In this document: positions 1 to 9,176 of the stretch, one piece after another
Layout: the number at the start of each line of letters is the position of its first letter
Numbering within the stretch: position 1 is the first letter of the stretch
Notes under the pieces: generated by a model
Told to the model about the DNA's origin: nothing
The model's database searches: none
What the model saw: only the letters and a program-made list of their open reading frames with translations
From: an uncultured Gammaproteobacteria bacterium
Lineage (GTDB): Bacteria > Patescibacteriota > Patescibacteriia > UBA1558 > S5-K13
DNA length: 64,000 nt
NCBI GenBank assembly: GCA_964640635.1
Contig: CAZXFD010000003.1
Coordinates: 1,149 to 65,148 of the forward strand
Reading direction: 5' to 3'
Position numbers and translations under genes: made by a program

Positions 1-165
1 ATGAAATACATATTTTTTGCCATCTACCAAAATTGTATGACCCGCGTTACTACCGCCCTGAAACCTTACAACAAGACCATTGCTCATTGACTGATTTAAA
101 TAATCAACAATCTTCGCCTTGGCTTCATCTCCCCAAGCACATCCTAAAACAGCTATAGAACTCAT
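1..165 (-). CDS. purA: Adenylosuccinate synthetase, N-terminal part (runs off the window edge; not in the ORF track)
   Basis: Manual translation [23 protein letters not shown]...[22 protein letters not shown] matches the PurA WGDEGKGK and QGGxNAGHT motifs; GGGAGG SD upstream. Confidence 0.93.
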   Translation of the reverse strand, partial: MSSIAVLGCAWGDEAKAKIVDYLNQSMSNGLVVRFQGGSNAGHTILVDGKKYVFH

Positions 166-211
166 TAGTTCCTCCCTTTTTTAATATATTTTGGCTTTTA
201 TAGCCTTAATA

Positions 212-240
212 AAATTACATCTATTATTCTCTTATGTCAA
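212..240 (-). promoter_or_regulatory. sigma70-type promoter for purA
   Basis: Minus strand TTGACA-N17-TAATTT. Confidence 0.55.
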
Positions 241-294
241 TTGTAAATAAAAAACCCGAACACTTTATGCATTCGGGAAGGACAATAATTAATC

Positions 295-909
295 TTATAC
301 TTTACGTCTCATAAGTCCCACATCAGCAAACCTAGACCAAACTACACTAAATGGCACGCTGCACTTATTAGCTAGATCTTCTATAGCCCTTTGCCTTTCC
401 AAACTATCTTTACTCTTGGAATAAACGGAAACAAACTCTTCCATCTTAGCATTTTGCATCAACAAGAGTCTTGCAAATAATCCCGGATCAGAATTCTCAT
501 TAAACAAATTAAGTCCAAAAGATCTTGCAAAATCTTCATAAATTGTTTTTATTTGTTGATTAATGAGTTTATAATTACGTTGATCTCTAGTATAGTCAGT
601 ACGTAACAAAAGAATTCCTAGTATAAAAGCCGTTCTATATGTTTTAACTTTTTCTATGATATTTATTTCTTCTTCCGGGCATTTGGGTATATAAACATTA
701 AACTCAAAGTTATCGGAATCTATAAAATTAATAGAATAGACACCAAGAGCATACATGCTCGAAAATAAATTTGGATCAAATATAAAATTGATCTTTCCAC
801 CAAGCCTTTCTATAACTTGAGTAAGAGATTCTAAATTAATATATTCTTCAAACTTAAAAGTAGATATCACCCCATTAACAAACTTTTCAACGTCTTCGTA
901 CTTAAGCAT
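295..909 (-). CDS. Degenerate ImmA/IrrE (DUF955)-like protein lacking HExxH
   Basis: VIERLGGKI, RTAFILGILLL (in place of RFTIAHELGHLLL), FARLLLM and C-terminal HTH-like LANKCSVPFSVVWSR. Confidence 0.55.
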   Translation of the reverse strand: MLKYEDVEKFVNGVISTFKFEEYINLESLTQVIERLGGKINFIFDPNLFSSMYALGVYSINFIDSDNFEFNVYIPKCPEEEINIIEKVKTYRTAFILGILLLRTDYTRDQRNYKLINQQIKTIYEDFARSFGLNLFNENSDPGLFARLLLMQNAKMEEFVSVYSKSKDSLERQRAIEDLANKCSVPFSVVWSRFADVGLMRRKV

Positions 910-1104
910 TTTTCCTCCAAATGTATATTATTTTTTACAATATTACATCCATTGCATATAGTAGTCAACGCTTGATTTATTATTACTTTTGTGCTAAATT
1001 ATGAATACTCTAATAAACGCTCAAATTTATTAAGAAAATTAAACATCGGTATAAGTTGAGGTTAATCCCTTAACCTTCAAACTTCATACCTCAAACTTAA
1101 CACT

Positions 1105-1371
1105 ATGCCACAAAAAAAATCAGCTATAAAAGAACTTAGAAAGACAGCAAAACGAACTGCAAGAAACAAACAAGCAAAAAGAAGAATAAAAGATCTTCAA
1201 AAAGAAATCATTTCAACTCCTGAGATCAAAAAAGACGATGCAAAAGTTCTTTACAAAAAACTTCAAAAATCTGTAGACAAAGCTGCAAAAAGAAACAATC
1301 CTTTCAACAAAAATAAAGCTTCTAGAATAAAATCTAGAATGGCAAAAAAACTCAACGCAAAGGTAAAATAA
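1105..1371 (+). CDS. rpsT: 30S ribosomal protein S20
   Basis: KSAIKELRKTAKRTARNK...DKAAK...KNKASRIKSRM. Confidence 0.95.
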   Translation: MPQKKSAIKELRKTAKRTARNKQAKRRIKDLQKEIISTPEIKKDDAKVLYKKLQKSVDKAAKRNNPFNKNKASRIKSRMAKKLNAKVK

Positions 1372-1378
1372 CAAAATT

Positions 1379-1415
1379 AAAACTCGCTCAGTCATTCAAC
1401 TGGGCGAGTTTTTTT
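1379..1415 (+). terminator. Intrinsic terminator, probably bidirectional
   Basis: aaaactcgctcag-loop-ctgggcgagttttttt between convergent genes. Confidence 0.8.
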
Positions 1416-1420
1416 GTTGA

Positions 1421-1618
1421 TTATTTCGCAAATTCGGTCTGCGACTTGCACGATCTTGTAAAATAAGCATAAGCATCTTCATTGATTTTCTCTAAAATTT
1501 CCATAGCAATTGCTTTTGATGTTTCATCTAATGATTCCAAATAGATACCTATTTCTTCAAAAGTAGAGCCGTGCATAAGGCTCAAGTCCTGCTCTAGTTC
1601 AATTCTGCTTTTTGTCAT
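1421..1618 (-). CDS. Small hypothetical protein (start moved to MTKSR)
   Basis: GGGAGG SD just upstream of the ATG at 1618; no recognisable motif. Confidence 0.55.
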   Translation of the reverse strand: MTKSRIELEQDLSLMHGSTFEEIGIYLESLDETSKAIAMEILEKINEDAYAYFTRSCKSQTEFAK

Positions 1619-1644
1619 TTTTCCTCCCAATTTATTATAAAATA

Positions 1645-2634
1645 TTATTTCATGTTTAATAAAAATACACTTATAAGAGTATATGTATCTAACTTTGAAG
1701 ATTTAGACGCTAGATCTAATTTTAATAATTTCTTATATATATCCTTTAGCTCAACGAGCGAATAAAGCCTTGCTGAATTTGATGCTTTTTTTACAACAAA
1801 TGGATGAAGAGATAAATACTTAGCTAAATTATTAACATTAACCCCATCTTCTATGGCTGATTTTATCTGCAATAAAATTCTAAATTGCCTTATAAACATA
1901 GTAAGCAAATACTGAGAATTTTCTCCAGAATCAATCTGACTTTTAATAAGCTTGAGAGCCCCCTTATTATCCTTATTAGCTAATTTTTCAGAAATCAAAA
2001 ATATATTATCATCTATATTTGAAAGAATCAAGTCGCTTATCATACTACTTTCAATCTTAGACCCTTTTGCATAATTTGAGATTTTTTGTATTTCTGTCTC
2101 TAACGTCCAAAGATCGCTTCCAATTCTCCCAAGCATTTCAAATGCCAATTTATCATCAATTGAACCACCGGCTTCTTTAAACTTATTTTTTATCCAGATA
2201 ACCATTTTGCCATCTGACATCTTCTTAAATTCCTGTTTATACTGAAATAAATCTAATCTTTTGAATATCTTTAAGTTCTCTCCACTGAGAGCATCTTTAC
2301 TAGAATGTGGGAGTCTATCTTCATAAAAAACAATAATATTATCCTCGTCTTGATCAGAATTTTTGGAACTATTTTTATCAAAAAAATCCATCAGAAAAGA
2401 AGATAACTCTTTGGTAATTTTCTTATCTAATAAATTTTTAATAATCACTAATTTTTTAGAAGACAAAAATCCTCCCTGACAAAGCTCTTTAGAAAGATTT
2501 TCTATAGTAATTTTATCATCAAGAATAATTATGTTATACCCAGATGTGTCAATATCGCGGATAAATTTTTCCTTTATCTGTTTTAATTTTTCATTGGAAC
2601 TATAGCTGTCTTCTCCGTATAAGAAAAAAAACAT
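1645..2634 (-). CDS. holA: DNA polymerase III delta subunit
   Basis: FLYGED N-terminus, FLSSKKLVII, LHPFVVKK. Confidence 0.9.
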   Translation of the reverse strand: MFFFLYGEDSYSSNEKLKQIKEKFIRDIDTSGYNIIILDDKITIENLSKELCQGGFLSSKKLVIIKNLLDKKITKELSSFLMDFFDKNSSKNSDQDEDNIIVFYEDRLPHSSKDALSGENLKIFKRLDLFQYKQEFKKMSDGKMVIWIKNKFKEAGGSIDDKLAFEMLGRIGSDLWTLETEIQKISNYAKGSKIESSMISDLILSNIDDNIFLISEKLANKDNKGALKLIKSQIDSGENSQYLLTMFIRQFRILLQIKSAIEDGVNVNNLAKYLSLHPFVVKKASNSARLYSLVELKDIYKKLLKLDLASKSSKLDTYTLISVFLLNMK

Positions 2635-2702
2635 AACTTTAGTAGATTAGTGTGATTAGTGAGGTTAGAAAACTATGAGACTATGGATCTAAGAAGCTAA
2701 CC

Positions 2703-5402
2703 CTATTTACTCTCCGCCCAATTCTTCGCACAGCTTACTTCAACTTTTATAGGAACCTTAAGTTCAAAAATATTTTCCATTATTTCTTTGATCTTTTGAC
2801 TTACCTTTTCTACATCGCTATTTGGCACTTCGATAATGACTTCATCATGAACCTGTAAAAGCATTTTAGCTTCTTGTGAGGTTTTTGGCAACTCCCTATC
2901 AATCCTTATCATTGCCATTTTCATAAGATCTGCGGCCGTACCCTGAACAGGCATATTTATCGCAACTCTCTCTGCTGCTGCTGCAATCATAGCTACTCCT
3001 GAATTTATTTCAGCAATATATCTGCGTCTACCAAAAAGAGTTTGAACATACATATTTTTATGTGCAAAATCTTTTGTTTTATCAAGATATTTTTTCACAT
3101 TTTTATATAAATCAAAATATCTATCTATAAATTCCTTAGCTTCTTGAAAATTCATTTCTGTTCGCTGAGCCAATCCACGAGCCCCAAGTCCATATATTAC
3201 ACCAAAGTTAACTTCTTTTGCTTTCCGTCTTTCTGATTTAGTAACATCTTCTAATTTTTTATTGAATATTTCTGCAGCTGTACGAGCATGAATATCTTCT
3301 CCCATATTAAATGACTTTATCATTTTTTCATCATTTGAAAGTGATGCAACAACGCGAAGCTCTATCTGAGAATAGTCCGCTGAGATAAGACGATACCCTC
3401 GCCTTGCAACAAAAGCACGTCTAATTTCTCTGCCAAGTTCAGATCGAATTGGAATATTTTGTAAATTTGGATCAGACGATGACAAGCGTCCGGTTGCTGT
3501 CACGGCTTGATTAAAACTCGTATGAATTCTATTATTTTTATCTACCTGACTAATAAGTGACTCTACATATGTAGATTGGAGTTTTGATAATTCACGATAT
3601 TCTATTATCATATCAATCACAGGATGAACTCCTTGCATCTTAAGAAGCTCTGGCGCAGCGGTTGAAAACCCAGTCTTACCTTTTTTAAGTCCTTTTGTAG
3701 AAATATTTAACTTGTCGAACAAAACTTCTTTGAGTTGTAATGGTGAATTTATATTGAACTCATGACCAGAACATTCATATATTTTTTTTGTAAGACTATT
3801 TATTGTTTTATTTAAGTTTTTACCAAAGTTCTGTAAAAAATCTACATCTATTTCAATTCCAGAGAGCTCCATTTCTGATAAAACTTTTACTAGTGGCATC
3901 TCAACCCTATCAAAAAGATCAAAAAACTTTTCTTTTATAAGCTCATTTTTATATTTTTCATATAATCTAAAAGTATAGTCAGCATCTTCACACGAATAAT
4001 AAGATACCTTCTCTATGTCTATGTCCTCCATTGATAATTGATTTTTACCCTTTTTACCAATAAGCTCTTCAATCGCCTGCATCCTATGTCCTAATTCTGA
4101 AAAAACCAAATCATCTAATTTCAAACTTCTGTCTATCTGTGACAATAAATATGCAGCAACCAATGTATCAAAATATACATTATCCATTTCAAATCCTGCA
4201 AGACGTAAAATTTTATAATCATACTTGATATTGTGTCCTATAATCTTTGCCTTTTTCAAAACTGGTTTTAATTTTTCCAAAAACTCCTTCTTGGCATTTA
4301 CATAATAAGCTACACCACTTTTAAAACAAAAACTAATTCCAAGTAATTTAGCATCAAAAACATTAATGGCCGTTGTTTCCGTATCAACACAAATTTCATC
4401 TTGCAAAATAAGTTCCTTAAAAAATATATTAAAGTCTGATACATTGTTAATAAGTTTATAAACCTCCCCTTTATCAACCCTTTTTATCTCACCCGTAAAA
4501 AGACTTTCTTTATTATCTGGCTTTGCTTTTGGAATTTTTGCAATAAGACTTCTAAATTCATACTTTTGAAAAACACTAACCACATCATCACTTGCCTTTT
4601 TATTTTCTAGATAATCCCATTTACATTTATCAAGCTCAAAATTCATTTCTACATTTTGATTTATTATAGAAAGCTCTTGTGATAAATAAGCATTTTTCTT
4701 TTCATCTATTAATTTGGCCTTTAGGTTGTCTTTTATCTTTGCTGTATCTATTTTTTTATAAAGCCCATCAAGACTTCCGAATTCCTTTATGAGGCTTATT
4801 GCTGTTTTTTCCCCTATGCCCTTAACTCCTGGAATATTATCAGATGGATCTCCCCTTAGTGCCTTATAATCTATCATTTGACTTGGCAAAAGCTCATATC
4901 TATTTTTTACTGCATCTATATCATATATTATGACATCATTTATTCCTTTTCTAAAAGTAAGTATCTTGGTAGTTTCGTCAACAAGCTGAAGAGTATCTAA
5001 ATCTCCTGTCAAAATAAATGTTTCAATATTTTTTTCCTTGCGTAATTTATTTGCAATTGTTCCTATCACGTCATCTGCTTCAAAACCGCTTTTCTCATAT
5101 ACTGGAATCGTAAAAGCATCTAGGACTTCTTTAATCATGGGAATTTGATCATAAAGCTCATCTGCCTGTTTTACGCGTTGTGCTTTATATTCCTTAAATT
5201 TTTCATGCCTAAATGTAGGGGCTTTTAAATCAAAGGTAGAGCACAAATAATCCGGCTTATACTCGCTTATAATTTTAAGAAGTATAGAAGTAAAGCCATA
5301 TGCCGCATTGATAAGAAGTCCGCTCTTTGTAGTAAGCGGAGGTAGTGCGTGCCATGCTCTATGGAGCAGAGCATTTCCATCTATAATAATAAATTTCTTC
5401 AT
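2703..5402 (-). CDS. polA: DNA polymerase I
   Basis: 5'-3' exonuclease (IDGNALLHRA, GDPSDNIPGV), 3'-5' exonuclease (DTET), polymerase motifs DYSQIELR and QVHDE. Confidence 0.98.
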   Translation of the reverse strand: MKKFIIIDGNALLHRAWHALPPLTTKSGLLINAAYGFTSILLKIISEYKPDYLCSTFDLKAPTFRHEKFKEYKAQRVKQADELYDQIPMIKEVLDAFTIPVYEKSGFEADDVIGTIANKLRKEKNIETFILTGDLDTLQLVDETTKILTFRKGINDVIIYDIDAVKNRYELLPSQMIDYKALRGDPSDNIPGVKGIGEKTAISLIKEFGSLDGLYKKIDTAKIKDNLKAKLIDEKKNAYLSQELSIINQNVEMNFELDKCKWDYLENKKASDDVVSVFQKYEFRSLIAKIPKAKPDNKESLFTGEIKRVDKGEVYKLINNVSDFNIFFKELILQDEICVDTETTAINVFDAKLLGISFCFKSGVAYYVNAKKEFLEKLKPVLKKAKIIGHNIKYDYKILRLAGFEMDNVYFDTLVAAYLLSQIDRSLKLDDLVFSELGHRMQAIEELIGKKGKNQLSMEDIDIEKVSYYSCEDADYTFRLYEKYKNELIKEKFFDLFDRVEMPLVKVLSEMELSGIEIDVDFLQNFGKNLNKTINSLTKKIYECSGHEFNINSPLQLKEVLFDKLNISTKGLKKGKTGFSTAAPELLKMQGVHPVIDMIIEYRELSKLQSTYVESLISQVDKNNRIHTSFNQAVTATGRLSSSDPNLQNIPIRSELGREIRRAFVARRGYRLISADYSQIELRVVASLSNDEKMIKSFNMGEDIHARTAAEIFNKKLEDVTKSERRKAKEVNFGVIYGLGARGLAQRTEMNFQEAKEFIDRYFDLYKNVKKYLDKTKDFAHKNMYVQTLFGRRRYIAEINSGVAMIAAAAERVAINMPVQGTAADLMKMAMIRIDRELPKTSQEAKMLLQVHDEVIIEVPNSDVEKVSQKIKEIMENIFELKVPIKVEVSCAKNWAESK

Positions 5403-5403
5403 A

Positions 5404-5757
5404 TTAAAAAAAGCTTCTTATAAAAAAGAAAAATAGAAATAAACCAAAAATATAAAAACTCAAAAGAAAATTCTTTTGAATAAAAATATCTTTTAGAGTT
5501 ATTTTATAAAATAGGGGTTTATAATTAACATAATTATCAAAAGAACTTACAAATAAATGGAAAAACACTATCGCAGAAAAAATCACAAGATAAAGTTCAA
5601 AAAAGACCACCAGAAAATCATTGGGAAATGATATAAGAAGCGGATAAAAGAATGTCAAAGCAAAAACTATGCCCAAAAAAGCTCCAAATATTCCTATCGT
5701 ATATCTAAATATATAATAGAATAAATTAAAATTGTGTTTTTTCAATGTTTCTTCCAT
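5404..5757 (-). CDS. Hypothetical membrane protein
   Basis: Three hydrophobic segments; abuts the polA start. Confidence 0.55.
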   Translation of the reverse strand: MEETLKKHNFNLFYYIFRYTIGIFGAFLGIVFALTFFYPLLISFPNDFLVVFFELYLVIFSAIVFFHLFVSSFDNYVNYKPLFYKITLKDIFIQKNFLLSFYIFGLFLFFFFIRSFF

Positions 5758-5899
5758 ATAAATGTCTATACATATATTTTACCACACACTCAAATACAAG
5801 AATAGTTGTTTAATTATACCCTTTTGATACAATAGGATTAGATAGTTATTAGGGTTGGTGAACTAGGCAAACATACTAATCGTGCCAACTTTAAACATA

Positions 5900-6054
5900 A
5901 AAAACCCTCCCCCACCCTTAAATTAATATTGTGTCGTAAAACTAGATTTACCAAGTCCTAAACCGAGCTTCTAAAATCATAATAAATATAAAAACACCTT
6001 CGATTAACGAGGTGTTTTTTATAAAAATTAACTTAAGGGTGGGGGAGGGTTTTT
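5900..6054. repeat. Long inverted-repeat element (CCCTCCCCCAC family), copy 1
   Basis: 28-bp arms 5900-5927 and 6027-6054 (27/28 complementary) with an internal aaaacacc...ggtgtttt hairpin. Confidence 0.85.
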
Positions 6055-6075
6055 ATCTATAAAACATATGGTTAT

Positions 6076-6633
6076 TTATTCAAGTATAACCATCTTGAGA
6101 TACCTTTTTCCAAAATGTCTTGCGTCGTCATAGCTTATCATCCAAAAATCTACTCTATCGCTATATCTTGCATTCATTCTGTCTCTTACCACGAAAATTC
6201 TATCACCAAACATCTCTGGAAACTGCACTTTTGTGCCAAAAGGTAGGGCATTTGTAGCTACAGTATCTTCTATACCATGCTCACAAACATTGAACCCATT
6301 TGCTGTAATACATGGGGAACCATCTGTTTGATTGGGTAATGAATTATAAGCAGTAGAGTAAACATAGGTGGTTTTTACTGGAACCAGCTCTTTTTCCTTA
6401 AGCTCTGGTAAAGATCCAGTATTTGAAAGGGTATATTCCTCTATTTCTAAGGTAGTGTCAGAGCTTATAACAAGTTCTTGACTGATGGCACTAGCGCTTT
6501 GAGCCATACTATGTTGTGGAAAGTTCATGGAACAAAAGACCATGAAAATAAGCACAATTACGTTTAATTTGTTTTCTATTGTTTTAGATATTTTCCTTAT
6601 AATTTTGTTGAAAGATTTGCTTTTACTATGCAT
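6076..6633 (-). CDS. 3D-domain (MltA-like) protein with N-terminal anchor
   Basis: STAYNS..QTD..PCITANG, VATNALPFGTKV, DRMNARY..RVDFW. Confidence 0.85.
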   Translation of the reverse strand: MHSKSKSFNKIIRKISKTIENKLNVIVLIFMVFCSMNFPQHSMAQSASAISQELVISSDTTLEIEEYTLSNTGSLPELKEKELVPVKTTYVYSTAYNSLPNQTDGSPCITANGFNVCEHGIEDTVATNALPFGTKVQFPEMFGDRIFVVRDRMNARYSDRVDFWMISYDDARHFGKRYLKMVILE

Positions 6634-6943
6634 AAAATATCTTAATTATTAAGCATTTTACCTAAAAAGCCTTATAAAAAGCCATTTTAAGTAAAATTAA
6701 AGATACTTTTAAAGTATCATAATATAATAGCATATATATTAAATATTGTCAATGGTAGACTCTACTTATTTATATGCAATAGAGAACCTTACACGAAGCA
6801 CTATCCCCTGTCAAATGACTTATCCACAGGCAAAAATTTGCCAAAAATAAAAGGCTCCATCCTATTTTCCTTGGATAGAGCCCTTATTTAATATTATTTG
6901 TGTGCATTTCCAGGCACCTCCCTTTATTTTTTTGCTTTTAGCG

Positions 6944-7345
6944 CTATGCGCTACGTTGATTTTGCAAATCTTCCTCTAAATATGCGCTTCTAAACCACGA
7001 AGCTGCTCCACAGAGCATCCAATACTTATAAAGCTCTATAATTGTAAGGGTATGATCTTCTGGATATCCGCAATACTTCACATAATATGCCTTAGCATGC
7101 CAGACATTGTCATCGCTTGCTACTAGGGGTAATTCTTTTAGAAATATATCTAAAAATACATCCCTAAACCACTTAGCAGCTCCGCATTCTACCCAGTAAA
7201 GGCAAAGCTCGTCTGAAGTCAGTACTCTGTCCTTATCATAACCATGATGCTCAATATAGTGTTTTTTTGCATACCATCTGTTGTCATCACTCATTATAAA
7301 AGACATTTGCAACTCTACTTCATCTTTCATACTTAGTTTATACAT
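6944..7345 (-). CDS. Hypothetical protein with two internal ~55-aa repeats
   Basis: SDDNxWxAK..Y...GY....LT..EL..YW..CGAAxWFR occurs twice; AGGAGG SD. Confidence 0.75.
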   Translation of the reverse strand: MYKLSMKDEVELQMSFIMSDDNRWYAKKHYIEHHGYDKDRVLTSDELCLYWVECGAAKWFRDVFLDIFLKELPLVASDDNVWHAKAYYVKYCGYPEDHTLTIIELYKYWMLCGAASWFRSAYLEEDLQNQRSA

Positions 7346-7527
7346 TTTTCCTCCTTTCGTATTAAAAAAAGAAACCCTTTTTAGGTTAAATTTTTTGCTA
7401 CGTTTTTCAGTGTACTATGCTTATACTATAACTCTTAGTTTAAAAAATGCAAGTATTTATTACAAATTGCAAAAACACTGCAAAAAAAATAATAGGCCCT
7501 ATTAAATAATAAAGCCTATGTTTAAAT

Positions 7528-7743
7528 TTACTCCCCCTTCAAATTATCCAGTTGATGTACAACGTTTATGCCCCCACTTTCAATAAAATGCTCAACCAGC
7601 GCATTTCGATCATCCGTTTTATCTTCAATTGGATGATGAACCACTTCTCCTGTTCCCCATATATTAAGTGGGGTTTTAGCTAGCTCTAACACCATCATGT
7701 TGTGTTTTAGAAGGCCTTCGCGATCAAATGGTTTATTGCTCAT
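7528..7743 (-). CDS. Small hypothetical protein
   Basis: AAGGAGG SD; NxW...LVEHFIESGG resembles the repeat unit of the neighbouring gene. Confidence 0.65.
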   Translation of the reverse strand: MSNKPFDREGLLKHNMMVLELAKTPLNIWGTGEVVHHPIEDKTDDRNALVEHFIESGGINVVHQLDNLKGE

Positions 7744-7857
7744 AACATCCTCCTTGATTGTTATTTTTATAACTAAAAATCAAGACAACTATCCTGATTT
7801 AATTTTTTAAACAAAATTTACAAATTACCATCTATTTACTTATTTATAATATACTAC

Positions 7858-9165
7858 TTATAAAATATTTTTCAAGAGTTTTTCATTTGTTATACCCAAA
7901 ATCAAAAACATCATCATCAATCCAGAAAAAGAAGTCATAAAATAATGATCCAATAAGCTGATTAACAAAATTGATAATATAATAATGAGCAAAATAATAT
8001 CTTCGTTACTTTCGCTCTGTATTTTTTCTATAGCATAAAATACAAATATCAATATAAACGCAATTACTCCAAATAAACCAGCCTCTCCAAACACGAGAAG
8101 AAAAATATTATGAACTGGTTGATATTGCCAAATATCCAAATCACTATTGATATTAGAAAAAACATAAGGAATATAATTCCCAAGACCAACACCAAATAAA
8201 ATATTATTTTTTATAGCAATGAGCGCTTGCTTACTAAGTTCTATTCTCTCTATTCCAGAACTTTCCTGGACAATATCTGGAGAAAAAACTCTTGAAATCA
8301 CAAGATCATTAAATATCACAAAGTTCACTGCAAAAGATATTATCAAAATTAATAAAAATGGCCTTATGGTGTTAAATTGTTTTTTATATAAAAAATAAAT
8401 AGTTAAAACAATAATAGACATAAACATGGCAATATAAGCACTTCTTGAAAATGTTAAAACTAGTGCCGAGCTCAATATAAACAAAACTACATATAAAGAT
8501 ATTTTTGAAATGCTCTTCATTTTTGAATATTTTTTTATAAACATCGCAAACAAAAGCAATATAGCTATTACTATAAATCCTCCCAAAACATTTGGATGTG
8601 TCATTCCTCCATAAGCTCTCAAAAACCTACCGCTTACATCTTTTAACACAGATGGACCATAGTAACTTGAGATTTGCTCAGAAATACCTAGATATTTATT
8701 AGGCTCAACATATTGAATAAAAAACTGATATATCCCCAAAATAGCCTGCATCAAAACACTAAAAACAATAGCCATTGCTATTTTGATAGTAGAAAATTTT
8801 ATTTTACTAAGCACAAACATAAGGAAAACAGCTTCAGATAATCTAAGAATGCTATATGAAAACATTTGCCTGTCTTTTGCAAAAAAATATGCAAAAGAGC
8901 ATATCATTAAAAATAGAAATGAAAAGAGAAAGCTTTTTTTTATATTGTTTTTTGAAATACCACAAAAAATCCAATTTATAATAAATACCACAAATAGTAC
9001 TAACAAAAATACCTCACTCAAATAAATAGATAGTTTGCCGTATTCATAATACTCGCCCCCCAATTTGAGATAATAAAAAATATATCTAGTCTGCCAAGGA
9101 AGTAAAAAAACAAATACGTATAGTAAGTATTCCATTGTTAAACCAATATTAATACGCTTAATCAT
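7858..9165 (-). CDS. O-antigen ligase (Wzy_C) family protein
   Basis: Polytopic; RAYGGMTHPNVLGG, TFSRSA, GVGLGNY, PVHNIFL. Confidence 0.88.
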   Translation of the reverse strand: MIKRINIGLTMEYLLYVFVFLLPWQTRYIFYYLKLGGEYYEYGKLSIYLSEVFLLVLFVVFIINWIFCGISKNNIKKSFLFSFLFLMICSFAYFFAKDRQMFSYSILRLSEAVFLMFVLSKIKFSTIKIAMAIVFSVLMQAILGIYQFFIQYVEPNKYLGISEQISSYYGPSVLKDVSGRFLRAYGGMTHPNVLGGFIVIAILLLFAMFIKKYSKMKSISKISLYVVLFILSSALVLTFSRSAYIAMFMSIIVLTIYFLYKKQFNTIRPFLLILIISFAVNFVIFNDLVISRVFSPDIVQESSGIERIELSKQALIAIKNNILFGVGLGNYIPYVFSNINSDLDIWQYQPVHNIFLLVFGEAGLFGVIAFILIFVFYAIEKIQSESNEDIILLIIILSILLISLLDHYFMTSFSGLMMMFLILGITNEKLLKNIL

Positions 9166-9176
9166 ATTTAAAAAAG

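Noticed and set aside
6808-6821. 14-mer ctgtcaaatgactt shared with 24596-24609
   Set aside because: Only two copies in unrelated contexts; could be chance
6884-6907. SD-led 7-codon ORF (MHTNNIK) downstream of the 6944 gene
   Set aside because: Too short to support without conservation data
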